NCBI RefSeq assembly: GCF_032191835.1
Contig: NC_083228.1
Coordinates: 74,214,001 to 74,278,000, forward strand
Source: Heteronotia binoei
Taxonomy: Eukaryota
Reading direction: 5' to 3'
Length of the DNA: 64,000 bases
Shown here: positions 34,805-46,239 of the stretch, in pieces
How positions within the stretch are numbered: position 1 is the first letter of the stretch
How the letters are laid out: every line of letters starts with the position of its first letter
Program-made: the position numbers and the translations under genes
Notes under the pieces: model-generated
Seen by the model: the letters and a program-made list of their open reading frames with translations, nothing else
What the model was told of the DNA's origin: nothing
Databases searched by the model: none

Positions 34805-36325
34805 ACCCTCTACCCTGAATGCTACTGAAAAGTTGGCATTTTCATACACCAACTGACAGCCCACTCACAGCTTTGCCCTAAGCATGGACTTGCAAATGAT
34901 GTCCTACTGTTAACAAGGTTTACTTCCCAGAAAGGATCAGTCTTTAACATCTTACTGGGTTCAGTGGCATTTACTCCTAGACAAGCGTGCAAAGGACTGA
35001 TTCCATGCACAATTACCTAGAAATCTCACGTAGGATGCATTCACACTACACTAAATAATGCGTTTTGCTACTGGATTTTTACTGTGTAATAGCTAAAATC
35101 CAGTTGCAAAACGATTATTTTTAATGTGAGATTTCAAAATCTTGAAGGTGCCACACCATTTTGGGTGTTTTTGTGTGTGGGTGTACCAAACTTCAGTGTA
35201 AATATGGTTAGGTATAATGCCATAAAGTCCACCCTCCAAAGCAGGCATTTTCTCTAGGGGAACTGGTCTCTGTTCTGTGGAGCTGTAATTCCAAGCAATC
35301 TCCAGACCCTACCTGGAAGCTGGTTTAAGTAAACATCAGTAGGATAAGATTTCGTAAATCTAACTATGATATAATTTCGTATACTTCATATGTGATCAGT
35401 ACTCTTATTGAGTCACTCCATGTAATCCATCTTGAGTCCCAGTGAGCAAGGCAGAAATAAATAAATACAATTATTACTGGGCATCAGTTCTGTCTCATAA
35501 AATTAAAATGGCATTTAAAAGAAAAACACATTTCAATTGTTGGTTGTTGTTAGAAGGTCAGTCAGCCACTTCCCCTCCCCCATAGCATAAATAGACATCA
35601 CAATATGGACACAAAAATATACAGCAAATCTTTTGTTTCATCGAATGCTCAAATTTTTATTGTTTGTCATTTGCATCTCAGGATGTTTAAAAAACCTGCC
35701 CTGAGCCAGTCCTACAGGAAGGGCGGGCTAAAAATTCGAATAAAATAAATAAAAAATAAACCCATTATTGGATCTTTCATTTGCAAAGTAATTATACTTA
35801 ATTACCTATAGATTAATCACTTTAAATTGTACATTTTGATTTCTAGCCTCAATACACACATTTCTCTATAATGACTTTGATCTATTATAGAGAAATGTGT
35901 GTATTGAGGCTAGAAATCAAAAATCACCTCTAAGGCACTTTCTACCCATAGTGAAGGTGTTGAAATGGTCACTGATTTCATTTCTCATTAATCCCACCAA
36001 AAAACTCAATTTCCCAGAATACTTAGAAAATTTTTAAAGAGTGTCTTAAAAGCGTGCATGCACAAACAGGTTCTGCACATGCGGTTCCTTTTCACGTTTA
36101 TGCTTGTTTGGTCAAGACGGCTTTTTCAAAACCTGGTAAAATAGCAGGAGACTGGGGGTGAGATTTTTTTTGATAGAAAGCAACATTTTCAAAGTGTTTC
36201 CTCATTTGCTAGTAGAAGTGGCCTGTGCATTTGCTCTTGTCAGAAGCATGGAAATGGGCAAAAGATTCATGGGTGAGGGTTTGGAAGAAGAGGAGGAGGA
36301 TGAAGAAGAGCTCCCAGAAACTCCT
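34805..36325 (+). pseudogene. Diverged duplicate of the PCGF6 upstream region and first ~26 codons, inside TAF5 intron 9
   Basis: Collinear with ~53830-55230 (e.g. CTGTTAACAAGGTTTACTTCC at ~34907 and ~53914); encodes MEMGKRFMGEGLEEEEEDEEELPETP, then a stop at 36344-36346. Confidence 0.9.
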
Positions 36326-36767
36326 AATGGGAGGAGCATCAGTTAGAAAATGGGAGGAGCATCAGTTACAAATCTCCCAGCTCTGCCATCTTTTCCTTCA
36401 CTAGCTTGTGAGAAGCGGCAATGCTTCTTACCTAACAAGGGAATCTCTGTCCAAATGAAGGAAGCCCCTTCCAGGTAAGAAGTGGTACTAGTGGCTTGCT
36501 TTTCAAATCTGGAACCAGAAACAAGGTTGCACCCCCACCCCCCAAAAAAATGAAACACAAGATGTGCTTTGAAGGTAGACCATCACCACTAGTTGGCCAT
36601 CCCTATCTCATAGGATTTTTTTCTATATTTGGAAGCTTAAAGGGGTGGGGGAGAGACAACAGTTCTATTGGAATAACCACAAGGGAATGCTACAATTTTT
36701 GACTTTTAATTACATTGGCTGCATACAGAACATAAGTAATTTTAATATGAATCTAACATTAATTTAC

Positions 36768-36945
36768 CTTATGTCCTGTGAAGATTCTCACACAATTCCC
36801 ATTCAGAACATCCCACAGCCGCACTGTTCTATCTGCTGAGCCTGTAGCAACGTAGTTGGAGTTTGGGTGAAAACGTGTAGATGTGACATCAGCAAGGTGG
36901 CCAGCAAAAATCCGCAAAGGCTGGTAGTGATCTGTAGCCCACAAA
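36768..36945 (-). CDS. TAF5: TAF5 exon 9
   Basis: LWATDHYQPLRIFAGHLADV...WDVLNGNCVRIFTGHK; 178 nt. Confidence 0.96.
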
Positions 36946-37271
36946 CTGAGACCAATAAAAAAAAATCATAACAAGGAAAGCAGAATTTGACAGTTTGTTC
37001 TTTAGGAAGAAACCAGTGTTTGATTCACAAGGACTTCCAATCTTATTATTTTAAAAAATTAGCAGATACTGCTTTGAGGATCTCATGGGGCTATCTGAAA
37101 TTTTAACTATGGCCATGGATAGGCTAAATGAATGTCTAATTCTAAAAAATGAATTTGTTTTAATTTTTACTCTGATAAATTTTTACTTAAAGGATAGATT
37201 CTAGATGAGATTTACAGCTCACTGACACTTGCAAGTTTATATCTAGATGAAAAGCTTCTGTAGATTCTTAC

Positions 37272-37436
37272 CGAGCCACTCTGTCATGACCACCTGACAC
37301 AAAGTAATACCCATAGGGTGAGAACTGTGTGTCCCATACAGGGTAGTTGTGTCCTTTGTATCCCACCAGGCAAGAAAAGGTTAAGAGACTCCACAATCTG
37401 ATTGTGCCATCCTCTGAAGATGATAACAAATAGTTC
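37272..37436 (-). CDS. TAF5: TAF5 exon 8
   Basis: NYLLSSSEDGTIRLWSL...YFVSGGHDRVA; 165 nt. Confidence 0.96.
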
Positions 37437-38330
37437 CTGTCAAAAACAACAGTAACACCATATGAAGGTAACAATCTCAACACTGAAAATATAATGCATA
37501 GTAGCACTGATAGTAATACATAGCATGTGTCAAATATATAATAAATGGTTAAGATGTTTATAGTAGTAGACCCACAGTTAAAAACCTCTTCATCTTCACC
37601 ATACACCTAAGATGTTATTTCTTAATAGTGTTTTCTACAAGGAGAGTTTTAAAGACTTTATTTTCCCTTGCTCTCAATGGGAAGCCAAAGCAGCTTACAT
37701 CATTCTCTGCTCCATTTTATCCTCACAACAAACCTGTAAGGTAGGTTAGGCTGTGTGTGACTAACTGACCCAAGGAATTTGTATGGCAGAGTGAGAATTC
37801 AAACCTGGGTCTCCCAGATCCTAGTCCAACCCTAACCACTAGATCTCTTAGGTAAAACAACATATAGACTACATGCTGCCCCATTCGTATCATATTTCTA
37901 AGTCTCAGTCTATCTGAATTGGCCTTTTTGCAAAGCTAGTTTTATTTTTTTTAAACCTGGCTTCCTTTGAACCTTCCAAATTCCTTAATTTGCACAAACA
38001 CACACACATATTTAAATTCAGAAATTATAGCAAGAGGGGAAACGGGGAGTTTATGGACATAGCTATATTTGGCATAGGCATCTGGTTTAACACATGTAAT
38101 GCTAGTATCAGTACATGCTATGCTACTGTTTACTATAAGCTTTTTGATATTGGACAAAGCCTAACTGAAGAACAGAGATTTCAAATAAGGTGACACTGGT
38201 AATGGTTTCAGCATCTAAGGAGATACAGATAAATACTCTGATGCTCACATCCATCTCAGAAGTCATGTTGACAACTGTCTTGAATTAAAAACTCTATTTC
38301 TTTTTAAACATTATGCTTGAGAGATTTTAC

Positions 38331-38460
38331 CTATCAGGGCTGAAGCTGGTACCATAGACAGGTCCACTGTGACCATATAAAATCTTCAACTCACTTGCTG
38401 TTTTCTCATCCATGATCCTTTCTAAAACATCATCAGATTCTTTATCTATGAGGCTGAGAT
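38331..38460 (-). CDS. TAF5: TAF5 exon 7
   Basis: LSLIDKESDDVLERIMDEKTASELKILYGHSGPVYGTSFSPD; 130 nt. Confidence 0.95.
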
Positions 38461-38593
38461 CTGAGGGGGGAAAGTTGAAGTTCACATTTACAGAGCTATT
38501 TCTATATCATAAAAGTAAACTTTTGTTTGCAGATCTTTTTTGGCCTATTAAAAGAACCAGTTAATAGAATTATAGAGCTGAAAGGGACCTACA

Positions 38594-38932
38594 TAAGAAC
38601 ATAAGAGAAGGCATGTTAGATCAGGCCAATGGCCCATCCAGTCCAACACTCTGTGTCACACAGTGGCAAAATTTTATATATATATACACACACACACACT
38701 GTGGCTAATAGCCACTGATGGACCTCTGCTCCATATTTTTATCTAAACCCCTCCTGAAGGTGGCTATGCTTGTGGCCGCCACCACCTCCTGTGGCAGTGA
38801 ATCCCACATGTTAATCACCCTTTGGGTGAAGAAGTACTTCCTTTTATCCGTTTTAACCTGTCTGCTCAGCAATTTCATCAAATGCCCACGAGTTCTTGTA
38901 TTGTGAGAAAGGGAGAAAAGTACTTCTTTCTC
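38594..38932 (-). mobile_element. Young CR1 3' end nested in an older CR1
   Basis: ACATAAGAACATAAGAGA tail; closely similar to the reverse of 56400-56744. Confidence 0.85.
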
Positions 38933-39900
38933 ACTACCTTCTGAGGAAACCTGTTCCACTGAGGAACCACTCTGTCAGGAAGTTCTTCCTGACGTTTAGC
39001 CAGAAACTCTTAATTTAATTTCAACTCATTGGTTCTGGTCCGACCTTCTGGGGTCATAGAAAACAACTCTGCACCATTCACTATTTGACAGCCCTTCAAG
39101 TACTTAAAGATGGTGATCACATCACCTCTCAGTCGTCTCCTCTCCAGGCTAAACATACCCAGCTCCTTCAACCTCTCCTCATAGGACTTAGTCTCCAGAC
39201 CCCTCATCATCTTCACTGCTCTCTTCTGGACATGGTCCAACTTGTCTATATCCTTCTTAAATTGTGGTGCTCCAAACTAAACACAATACTCTAGGTGAGG
39301 TCTAACCATAGCAGAGTAAAGCAATACCATCACTTCACGTGATCTGGACACTATACTTCTGTTAATACAGGCCAAAATTGAATTCGCCTTTTTAGCCACC
39401 ACATCACACTGCTAACTCATGTTCAGTGTACGGTCCAGTAAGACCCCTAGATCCTTTATGCACATACTACTGCCAAGACAAGTCTCCCCCATCCTATAAT
39501 TATGCATTGGAGTTTTTTCCTACCTAAATGCAGAACTTTACATTTATCCTTGTTATAATTCATTTTATTTGTTTTAGCCTAGTTGTCCAGCCTGTCAAGA
39601 TCATCCTGTATCCTGCCTCTGTATTCACGACCCTCCCAATTTCATATCATCTGGAAATTTAATAAGCGTTTTCCTCTATTCCTTCATCCAAATCACTTAT
39701 AAAGCTGTTGAACAAAACAAGTCCCAGGACAGATCCTTGAGGCACCCCACTTGCCACACCTCTCCAAAAGAATGGGGAACCATTCACAACCACTCTTTGT
39801 GTGCAATCTGTCACCAGTTACAGATCCACCTAACAATGACAGGATCCAAACTGCATTTTACCAACTTGTCAACAAGAATAGTATGTGGAACCTTATTAAA
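38933..39900 (-). mobile_element. Older CR1 LINE fragment
   Basis: DHVQKRAVKMMRGLETKSYEERLKELGMFSLERRRLRGD; degenerate PQGSVLGP region at ~39720. Confidence 0.88.
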
Positions 39901-40207
39901 AGCCTTGCTGAAATAACTGAAGTTGTAGTTGCTGAAGTGTGAGTACAATTAATGCTAGAATACCCTAAGTACTTTTCAATAGAATAATTCCATAAGCACA
40001 AGCATATTTTGCTGCAAATACTGTAACAAGTATTAAACAAGTATTTCAACACTACAGCCTCTTCCTAAAATCAGGAATACTCATACCAAATCTCCACTAG
40101 CCTTCTATTTGCAAGGAACTTAAAAACATATATACAGTTTTTCTTCTATATAAGATCAAGTGTCAGTTGTATAAATATGGAAGTTAAACCTATAAGAATT
40201 ATATTAC

Positions 40208-40328
40208 CTGATGCCGACTTTACACTACGTAGTTTTTTGGGTGTCACAGACCATACTCTGACAGTGGAGTCAGCAAAACCTCCTACAATCATGCTAGAGT
40301 CATCCGTAAAATCCACTGCTGTTAGGCC
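40208..40328 (-). CDS. TAF5: TAF5 exon 6
   Basis: GLTAVDFTDDSSMIVGGFADSTVRVWSVTPKKLRSVKSAS; 121 nt. Confidence 0.96.
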
Positions 40329-41296
40329 CTGTACATACAAAAAGTACTATTTTAAGAAGGTTTTTAATATGATAAATGATAAATATAAATTCTAAAATTA
40401 CATGTTCTTATTTAAGGAGAATTAGCCACCAATAATACCTGAGATGGGAATGATCACATAATATAGCAAATCCTTTTGTGTGAAACAAATTATGCTATAC
40501 TTGGGCAGAAGTAGCAGGGCCCACAATTTTGACTGGCTTGGATAGCCAGACATTACTTTCAGATGCCACCAAGATATGGAGGCTTTGAGAGAAGGGAGAA
40601 TTTCAATCTCTCCAAATCTGGATTTAGAAACTCTGAAACATGAGAATCTCTTGTTTTTCAGTGTCTGCAAAGTCTAGTGTGGTGAGAGTTTGCCCATTTC
40701 CTCCCCGTTCCCCACTCTATGTATTCTAAAAGACTAGGCAAACAAGTCCAGTGTGGCCTGTGGCCTCTCCCCTCCCTCCCACAACTCCTGTAATGCATTG
40801 AAACCTTAGGGAACTATATTTCATGCTGGGAAACCAAGACCATGTGGTCATCAGAAAGATTCCTGGTCAGCACTGTATTTTTACACTCTATCTATATATT
40901 GTGGATCTCCTGTAATTTAAATAGCTGAAGGAAAGCTCTGAACATTTATAGCATTAATAATACATTTGATCAATGTCCACAACAGGGTATCAATGTGCAC
41001 CACAAGATATCAATGAAACCTCTACCCGAAAATTCATTCTTTCCAAAATCAAACTTCATGCTTCTGTGCCTATCATTAGAAAGGGCAATGAAAGCAGGTG
41101 TTCTTGCATACCAATAGGCTCCCTAGGCACACAGAAAAAATAAATGAGAAAAGTATGCTCATTGCCCACCAGAAACCACATGTTGCTGAATATGCTAAAC
41201 ATGTGCTGGGGAAAATAAATGGCAAAGTGACTAGTACAGACATGCTTGAGTCGCTAAGAACTTGTTTCATCTTGGACTAGGTAACAAAATTAGGAC

Positions 41297-41496
41297 TGAA
41301 CATATGAAGCTGCCTTATACTGAATCAGACCCTCGGTCCATCAAAGTCAGTATTGTCTACTCAGACTGGCAGTGGCCCTCAAGGGTCTCAAGCTGAGGTT
41401 TTTCACACCTGTTTGCCTGGACCCTTTTTAGTTGGATGCCAGGGATTGAACCTGGGACCTTCTGCTTACCAAGCAGATATTCTACCTCTGAGCCAC
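41297..41496 (-). mobile_element. tRNA-derived SINE with a CR1-like tail
   Basis: GGGATTGAACCTGGGACC (reverse B-box); tail ACATATGAAGCTGCC; related copies at ~8145-8355 and ~52430-52570. Confidence 0.7.
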
Positions 41497-41588
41497 CATC
41501 CCTCCCATGAAGATGTGTGGCTAATAGTACAATCTTAAAAACTTACACCATTCTAAGTTCATTGAGGTCGGTGGGCACCGAAGGGTGT

Positions 41589-41891
41589 AACTGCTTAGAG
41601 CTGCATTGTACATACAGATTGTGACTCACAAGCTGAGTCTCAAAGAAACACTTATCCAGTGGAATACATATATGTTTGGTTTTACAGGCTTAAGCTTTCA
41701 ATATTGGACAGGTAGGAATGCTTACAATACAATATATCAACTGCTTAGAGCTGCATTGTACATACAGATTGTGACCCACAAGCTGAGTCTCAAAGAAACA
41801 CTTATCCAGTGGAATACATATATATTGCTGGTTTTACAGGCTTAAGCTTTCAATATTGGACAGGTAGGAATGCTTACAATACAATATATCA
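41589..41891. repeat. Tandem duplication, 2 x ~150 bp
   Basis: Copies start at 41589 and 41739; a few differences. Confidence 0.9.
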
Positions 41892-42492
41892 AGTGATATA
41901 TATATATGAAATAATTATGAGTTATTGATCATTGTTAATATTCATAATTTCATCTAGTCAATAGCATAAGTATTATATTAGATAGTCCTGGTTCACTGTG
42001 TTACCTTGGACATTTATGTAGTGTATGACCCCACCACCTCTACAGTCCAGAGCCTCCACACACTTAATTGCACAGGGGACTTTATCATGTGATTTCTATT
42101 CCGCAGAGGAAAAAAATAAAGGAGAAGAGAGCTCAAGAATGAAACCTCTCAATGACTGGACAGACATTGGCTTGGATCTACTGGAGATGTCTACAGATGA
42201 AAGGGATTTTTGTCCCTGGAACAGAAATTGCCTGCCCTTCCCCCTGGCTGCAGCCCCAGTGCTTCTGGTGAGAAAGGAGATCACAAGGAACAGCTCTGCA
42301 AAGGAGATGAAAATCTGCAACAGAACAGGGGGAACTGGTAAAAATCGATTTGGCCTTCCATTCTTGGAAATCCTTCTACTGGATCCAAGCCATCATCATA
42401 TATATAGTAGAAGGGCAAGGACACTACTCCTGGATAATGTGAACAGCTCAGGTAAAAAAAGTAAAAAGCAGACAGCTATGATTGTTTTCTAT

Positions 42493-43047
42493 ATTATTTA
42501 TTTATTTATTTATATTGGGATTTATACCCCGCCCTTCGCACCGAAGTGTCTCAGGGCGGCTTACAACATGATAATTCAAATACTACAATTTAAAACACTT
42601 ACAAGTAAAATTAAAACCATAAATTAATAAAAGCAAGATAGATAAAAACCGGCGGTCTACAGATGCATTTTGTTCCATCCAAAAGATTTCCTTGTCAGTC
42701 AGTATTATAGGCCTGCCGGAAGAGGGCTGTCTTACAGGCCCTGCGGAACTGCCCTAGGTCCCGCAGGGCCCGCACCTCCTCCGGCAGCTGGTTCCACCAA
42801 TAAGGTGCCGTTACTGAGAAGGCCCGATCCCTGGTGGATTTTAGACGGGCCTCCTTTGGCCCGGGGACTACCAACAGGTTTTGTGAACCCGAGCGTAGTA
42901 CTCTCTGGGGAACGTGTGGGGAAAGACGGTCCCTAAGGTAGACAGGTCCTAGGCCATATAGGGCTTTAAAGGTAATAACCAACACCTTGTACCGGACTCG
43001 GAATATTACTGGCAGCCAGTGCAGATCCCGGAGCCCCGGCCGAATGT
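42493..43047 (-). mobile_element. L2-clade LINE 3' fragment
   Basis: VITFKALYGLGPVYLRDRLSPHVPQR...; (TTTA)n tail at the left. Confidence 0.9.
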
Positions 43048-43296
43048 GCTCCTAATAACAACATATTTTATTGAAGTCACCTTACAGCCTGATTCTAACC
43101 ATGCCTTTTTTTACTGTAAAGTCACAGCTGATTTACAGCAACCCCACAGAGTTTTCAAAACAATAGATGTTCAGAGGTGGTTTGCCCCTGCCTGCTTCCA
43201 CATCATGACCCTGGTGGTATCCCATACTGCTTAGCTTCTGAGATCAGTCAAGATTAGCCTAGCCTGGGCTATCCAGGTCAGAATGCTTTTGCAGTA

Positions 43297-43502
43297 ATGA
43301 ACCCTTTTTTTCAGAACTTACTTGAGGAGTTCATCCTAACTATGATTTACCCTATATGTTTTGACTCTCAGGTATTTCCCCTACAGTGATCCTCCTTTGA
43401 TGAACCCTTTTTTTCAGAACTTACTTGAGGAGTTCATCCTAACTATGATTTACCCTATATGTTTTGACTCTCAGGTATTTCCCCTACAGTGATCCTCCTT
43501 TG
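43297..43502. repeat. Perfect tandem duplication, 2 x 103 bp
   Basis: ATGAACCC...CTCCTTTG at 43297 and 43400. Confidence 0.92.
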
Positions 43503-43504
43503 AT

Positions 43505-45088
43505 ACAGTGATCCTCCTAAAAGAGCCATCTTTAGATCCGGCCCAATTGACACACTATCGGCCGGTTTCAAATTTGCCCTTTTTGGGCAAACTTATTGAG
43601 AGGGCAGTGGCGACGCAGTTACAGACTTTCCTGGAGGACACTTCCGTCCTTGACCCATTTCAGTCCGGCTTTCGCCGGGACACGGGACGGAGACAGTGTT
43701 GGTTGCCCTGGTGGATGACCTTCAACGGCATCTGGATCGGGGTGGCTCGACGGTGCTGATGTTGTTAGACCTGTCGGCTGCGTTCGACACGGTCGACCAT
43801 CGGCTACTGACGTGCCGCCTCGCCGACGCGGGGATTCAGGGGTTGGCCTTACAGTGGCTTTCCTCTTTCCTGGAAGGTCGGGGACAAAGGGTCGCAATTG
43901 GGGGGGAGCTATCCCGGAGGCGCACACTCGATTGTGGTGTGCCCCAGGGGGCGGTTCTCTCCCCGATGTTATTTAACATCTATATGCGGCCTCTTGCCCA
44001 GATTGCCCGAAGGTATGGGCTGGGATGTCACCAGTATGCTGATGACACCCAGCTCTATCTACTGATGGATGGCCAACCTGTCTGCGCCCCGGAAAATCTC
44101 GACCAGGCATTACGGGCCGTGGCTGAGTGGCTCAGACTGAGTGGGCTGAAGCTAAATCCTCCGAAGACAGAGGTCCTTTGCTTGGGTCGCCGCGGCCCGG
44201 GGAGGGGGATCTCCCTACCGGCTTTTGACGGTGCGCCGCTGATGGCGGCGGACAGGGTCAAGAGCTTGGGGGTGCTGTTGGAGCCTTCCTTAAAGATGGA
44301 GGCTCAGATAGCAGCTGCTGCCAAGTCCGCATTTTTTCATCTTAGGCGGGCAAGGCAGCTGGCCCCCTTTCTGGAACGCGACGACCTAGCAACAGTGATC
44401 CATGCTACGGTCACCTCAAGGTTGGACTACTGCAATGCCCTCTACATGGGGCTGCCCTTGTCTCGGACCCGGAAACTGCAGCTGGTGCAGAATGCCGCGG
44501 CCCGGCTGCTATTGGGTCTCCCAAAGTGGGGACACATCCGGCCGGGTCTCCGGACTCTGCACTGGCTTCCAGTGATATACCGAGTCCGGTACAAGGTGCT
44601 GGTTATTACCTTTAAAGCCCTATATGGCCTGGGACCTGCCTACCTGAAGGACCGTCTTTCCCCACATGTTCCCCAGAGAGCACTGAGGTCAGGAACACAA
44701 AATCTCCTCACTATCCCCGGGCCAAAAGAAGCCCGTCTGAAAGCCACCAGAGAAAGGGCTTTCTCCGTTATGGCCCCCGTATGGTGGAATCAGCTGCCGG
44801 AAGAGGTGAGGGCCCTGCGGGACTTGGCGCAGTTCCGCAGGGCCTGTAAGACGACCCTCTTCCGGCTAGCCTACACCTAGCTATGATGACAACTGATGTA
44901 ACTGGCCAGCCATCTGTTTACAGGAAATTGAAATATTCTGTTTTAAAGTTTTAACTGTTTAAATATTTAATTGTTTTATACTTAATATTGTTTAAATTTT
45001 ATGTTTGATTAAATTGTTGGAAGCCGCCCTGAGCCATTCGTGGGAAGGGCGGGATATAAATCTCAAATAAATAAATAAATAAATAAAT
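43505..45088 (+). mobile_element. Young 5'-truncated L2-clade LINE with a 394-aa open RT C-terminal frame (43696-44880)
   Basis: LDLSAAFDTVDH, PQGAVLSP, QYADDTQLY, RLDYCNALY; one frameshift near 43680; (AAAT)n tail. Confidence 0.93.
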
Positions 45089-45304
45089 ATTTAAGAGGTT
45101 TCCATGAGATTGGTCTTGGCTATAATGTGAACATTAATTGTCTGTAGGTTTATGAGTTCAAGCACAGCAAATATTTAATTAAGCAGTCACTTAAAAAAAA
45201 AACCCAACCAGTTATCAGAGTCTTAATTCTCCTGCAAGTGCCACGGCAGGCTTAGTGCAAAAGTATTCTATGAACAGTGCCATTGATCAGTACTGCATAC
45301 TAAC

Positions 45305-45440
45305 CTGATAAGCATTAAGGAATGTGTAGAAACAGATAGAAGGCAAGCAGTCTGGACCAAGACGCACACGCTTAGTGGCTTCCTTCATATTCATTATTTT
45401 ATCCAGCTTGTCAGAATCCTTCAGCTCAGGAAGGGGAATT
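45305..45440 (-). CDS. TAF5: TAF5 exon 5
   Basis: IPLPELKDSDKLDKIMNMKEATKRVRLGPDCLPSICFYTFLNAYQ; 136 nt. Confidence 0.96.
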
Positions 45441-46075
45441 CTGTATGAAGAACAACACACTTCAAACAGAGCAGGAATGCCTTCATGCCATGAACGTACA
45501 AGTGACATTTGGAGGAGGAAAGGCTGAATTCAATAACACTTAAAAATAAATTTTGCATGCTTCTTATTAAACCAAAACACTTTTTGTTTATACTATATAT
45601 CTTGTCACTTTCGTCACAAGTCTTTCCTCCATAAAATAAAACCTGTTTATTAGTACTGTGCCATGACTTTCCTCTTAATGTATGTAATGCTGCCACCAGG
45701 AATTTAATTCCAAATACTGTATTTAACGTTCCTAACTTAATTGTGCCCAAGCTCTAAGACTTCTTCATTGTACTATGTGACCCTAAGGATGAGACTCTTA
45801 TAATTTAATATCATACGCCTCCAGGTTAATATAATTTATTTGTAGAGTGTATTGGTTTCAAGATGTTTATAGCTTCATTCTTAGGCGAATAATAGTAACT
45901 TCTGACTGAACTTACACTCTTTCATTTCACACACTCCTCACTCTCAAATCCTCTTCCTAACTCAACTTTTTGACAGCTTCTGTTTCTCACACTCCAAAGA
46001 TTAAAATACTTCTGTCCACTGACATTTTAGGTAGGATCCATGCCATTAACTGGTCTTCTCTAGTTTTAAAATTAC

Positions 46076-46239
46076 CTGTTCTGAGGAGGAGCATTTGGAT
46101 CTTGCTTTTTACTTTTTGATCCCATACTATCCTTTTTTGGCTTCTTCTTCTTTGGCTTACCCTCCTCATTTTCTCCCTCTTCATCTTCATCATCCAGAGG
46201 TAATTCAATTTCTGGTTCTTTTAATAAGCCGAAAAAGAC
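46076..46239 (-). CDS. TAF5: TAF5 exon 4
   Basis: VFFGLLKEPEIELPLDDEDEEGENEEGKPKKKKPKKDSMGSKSKKQDPNAPPQN; 164 nt. Confidence 0.96.

Noticed and set aside
36158-36346. Second functional PCGF6 gene
   Set aside because: Stops after ~32 codons from the ATG, has no RING exons, and its promoter CpGs have decayed
43696-44880. Domesticated reverse transcriptase gene
   Set aside because: 5'-truncated L2 with an upstream frameshift, a LINE tail and related copies nearby; no sign of its own promoter
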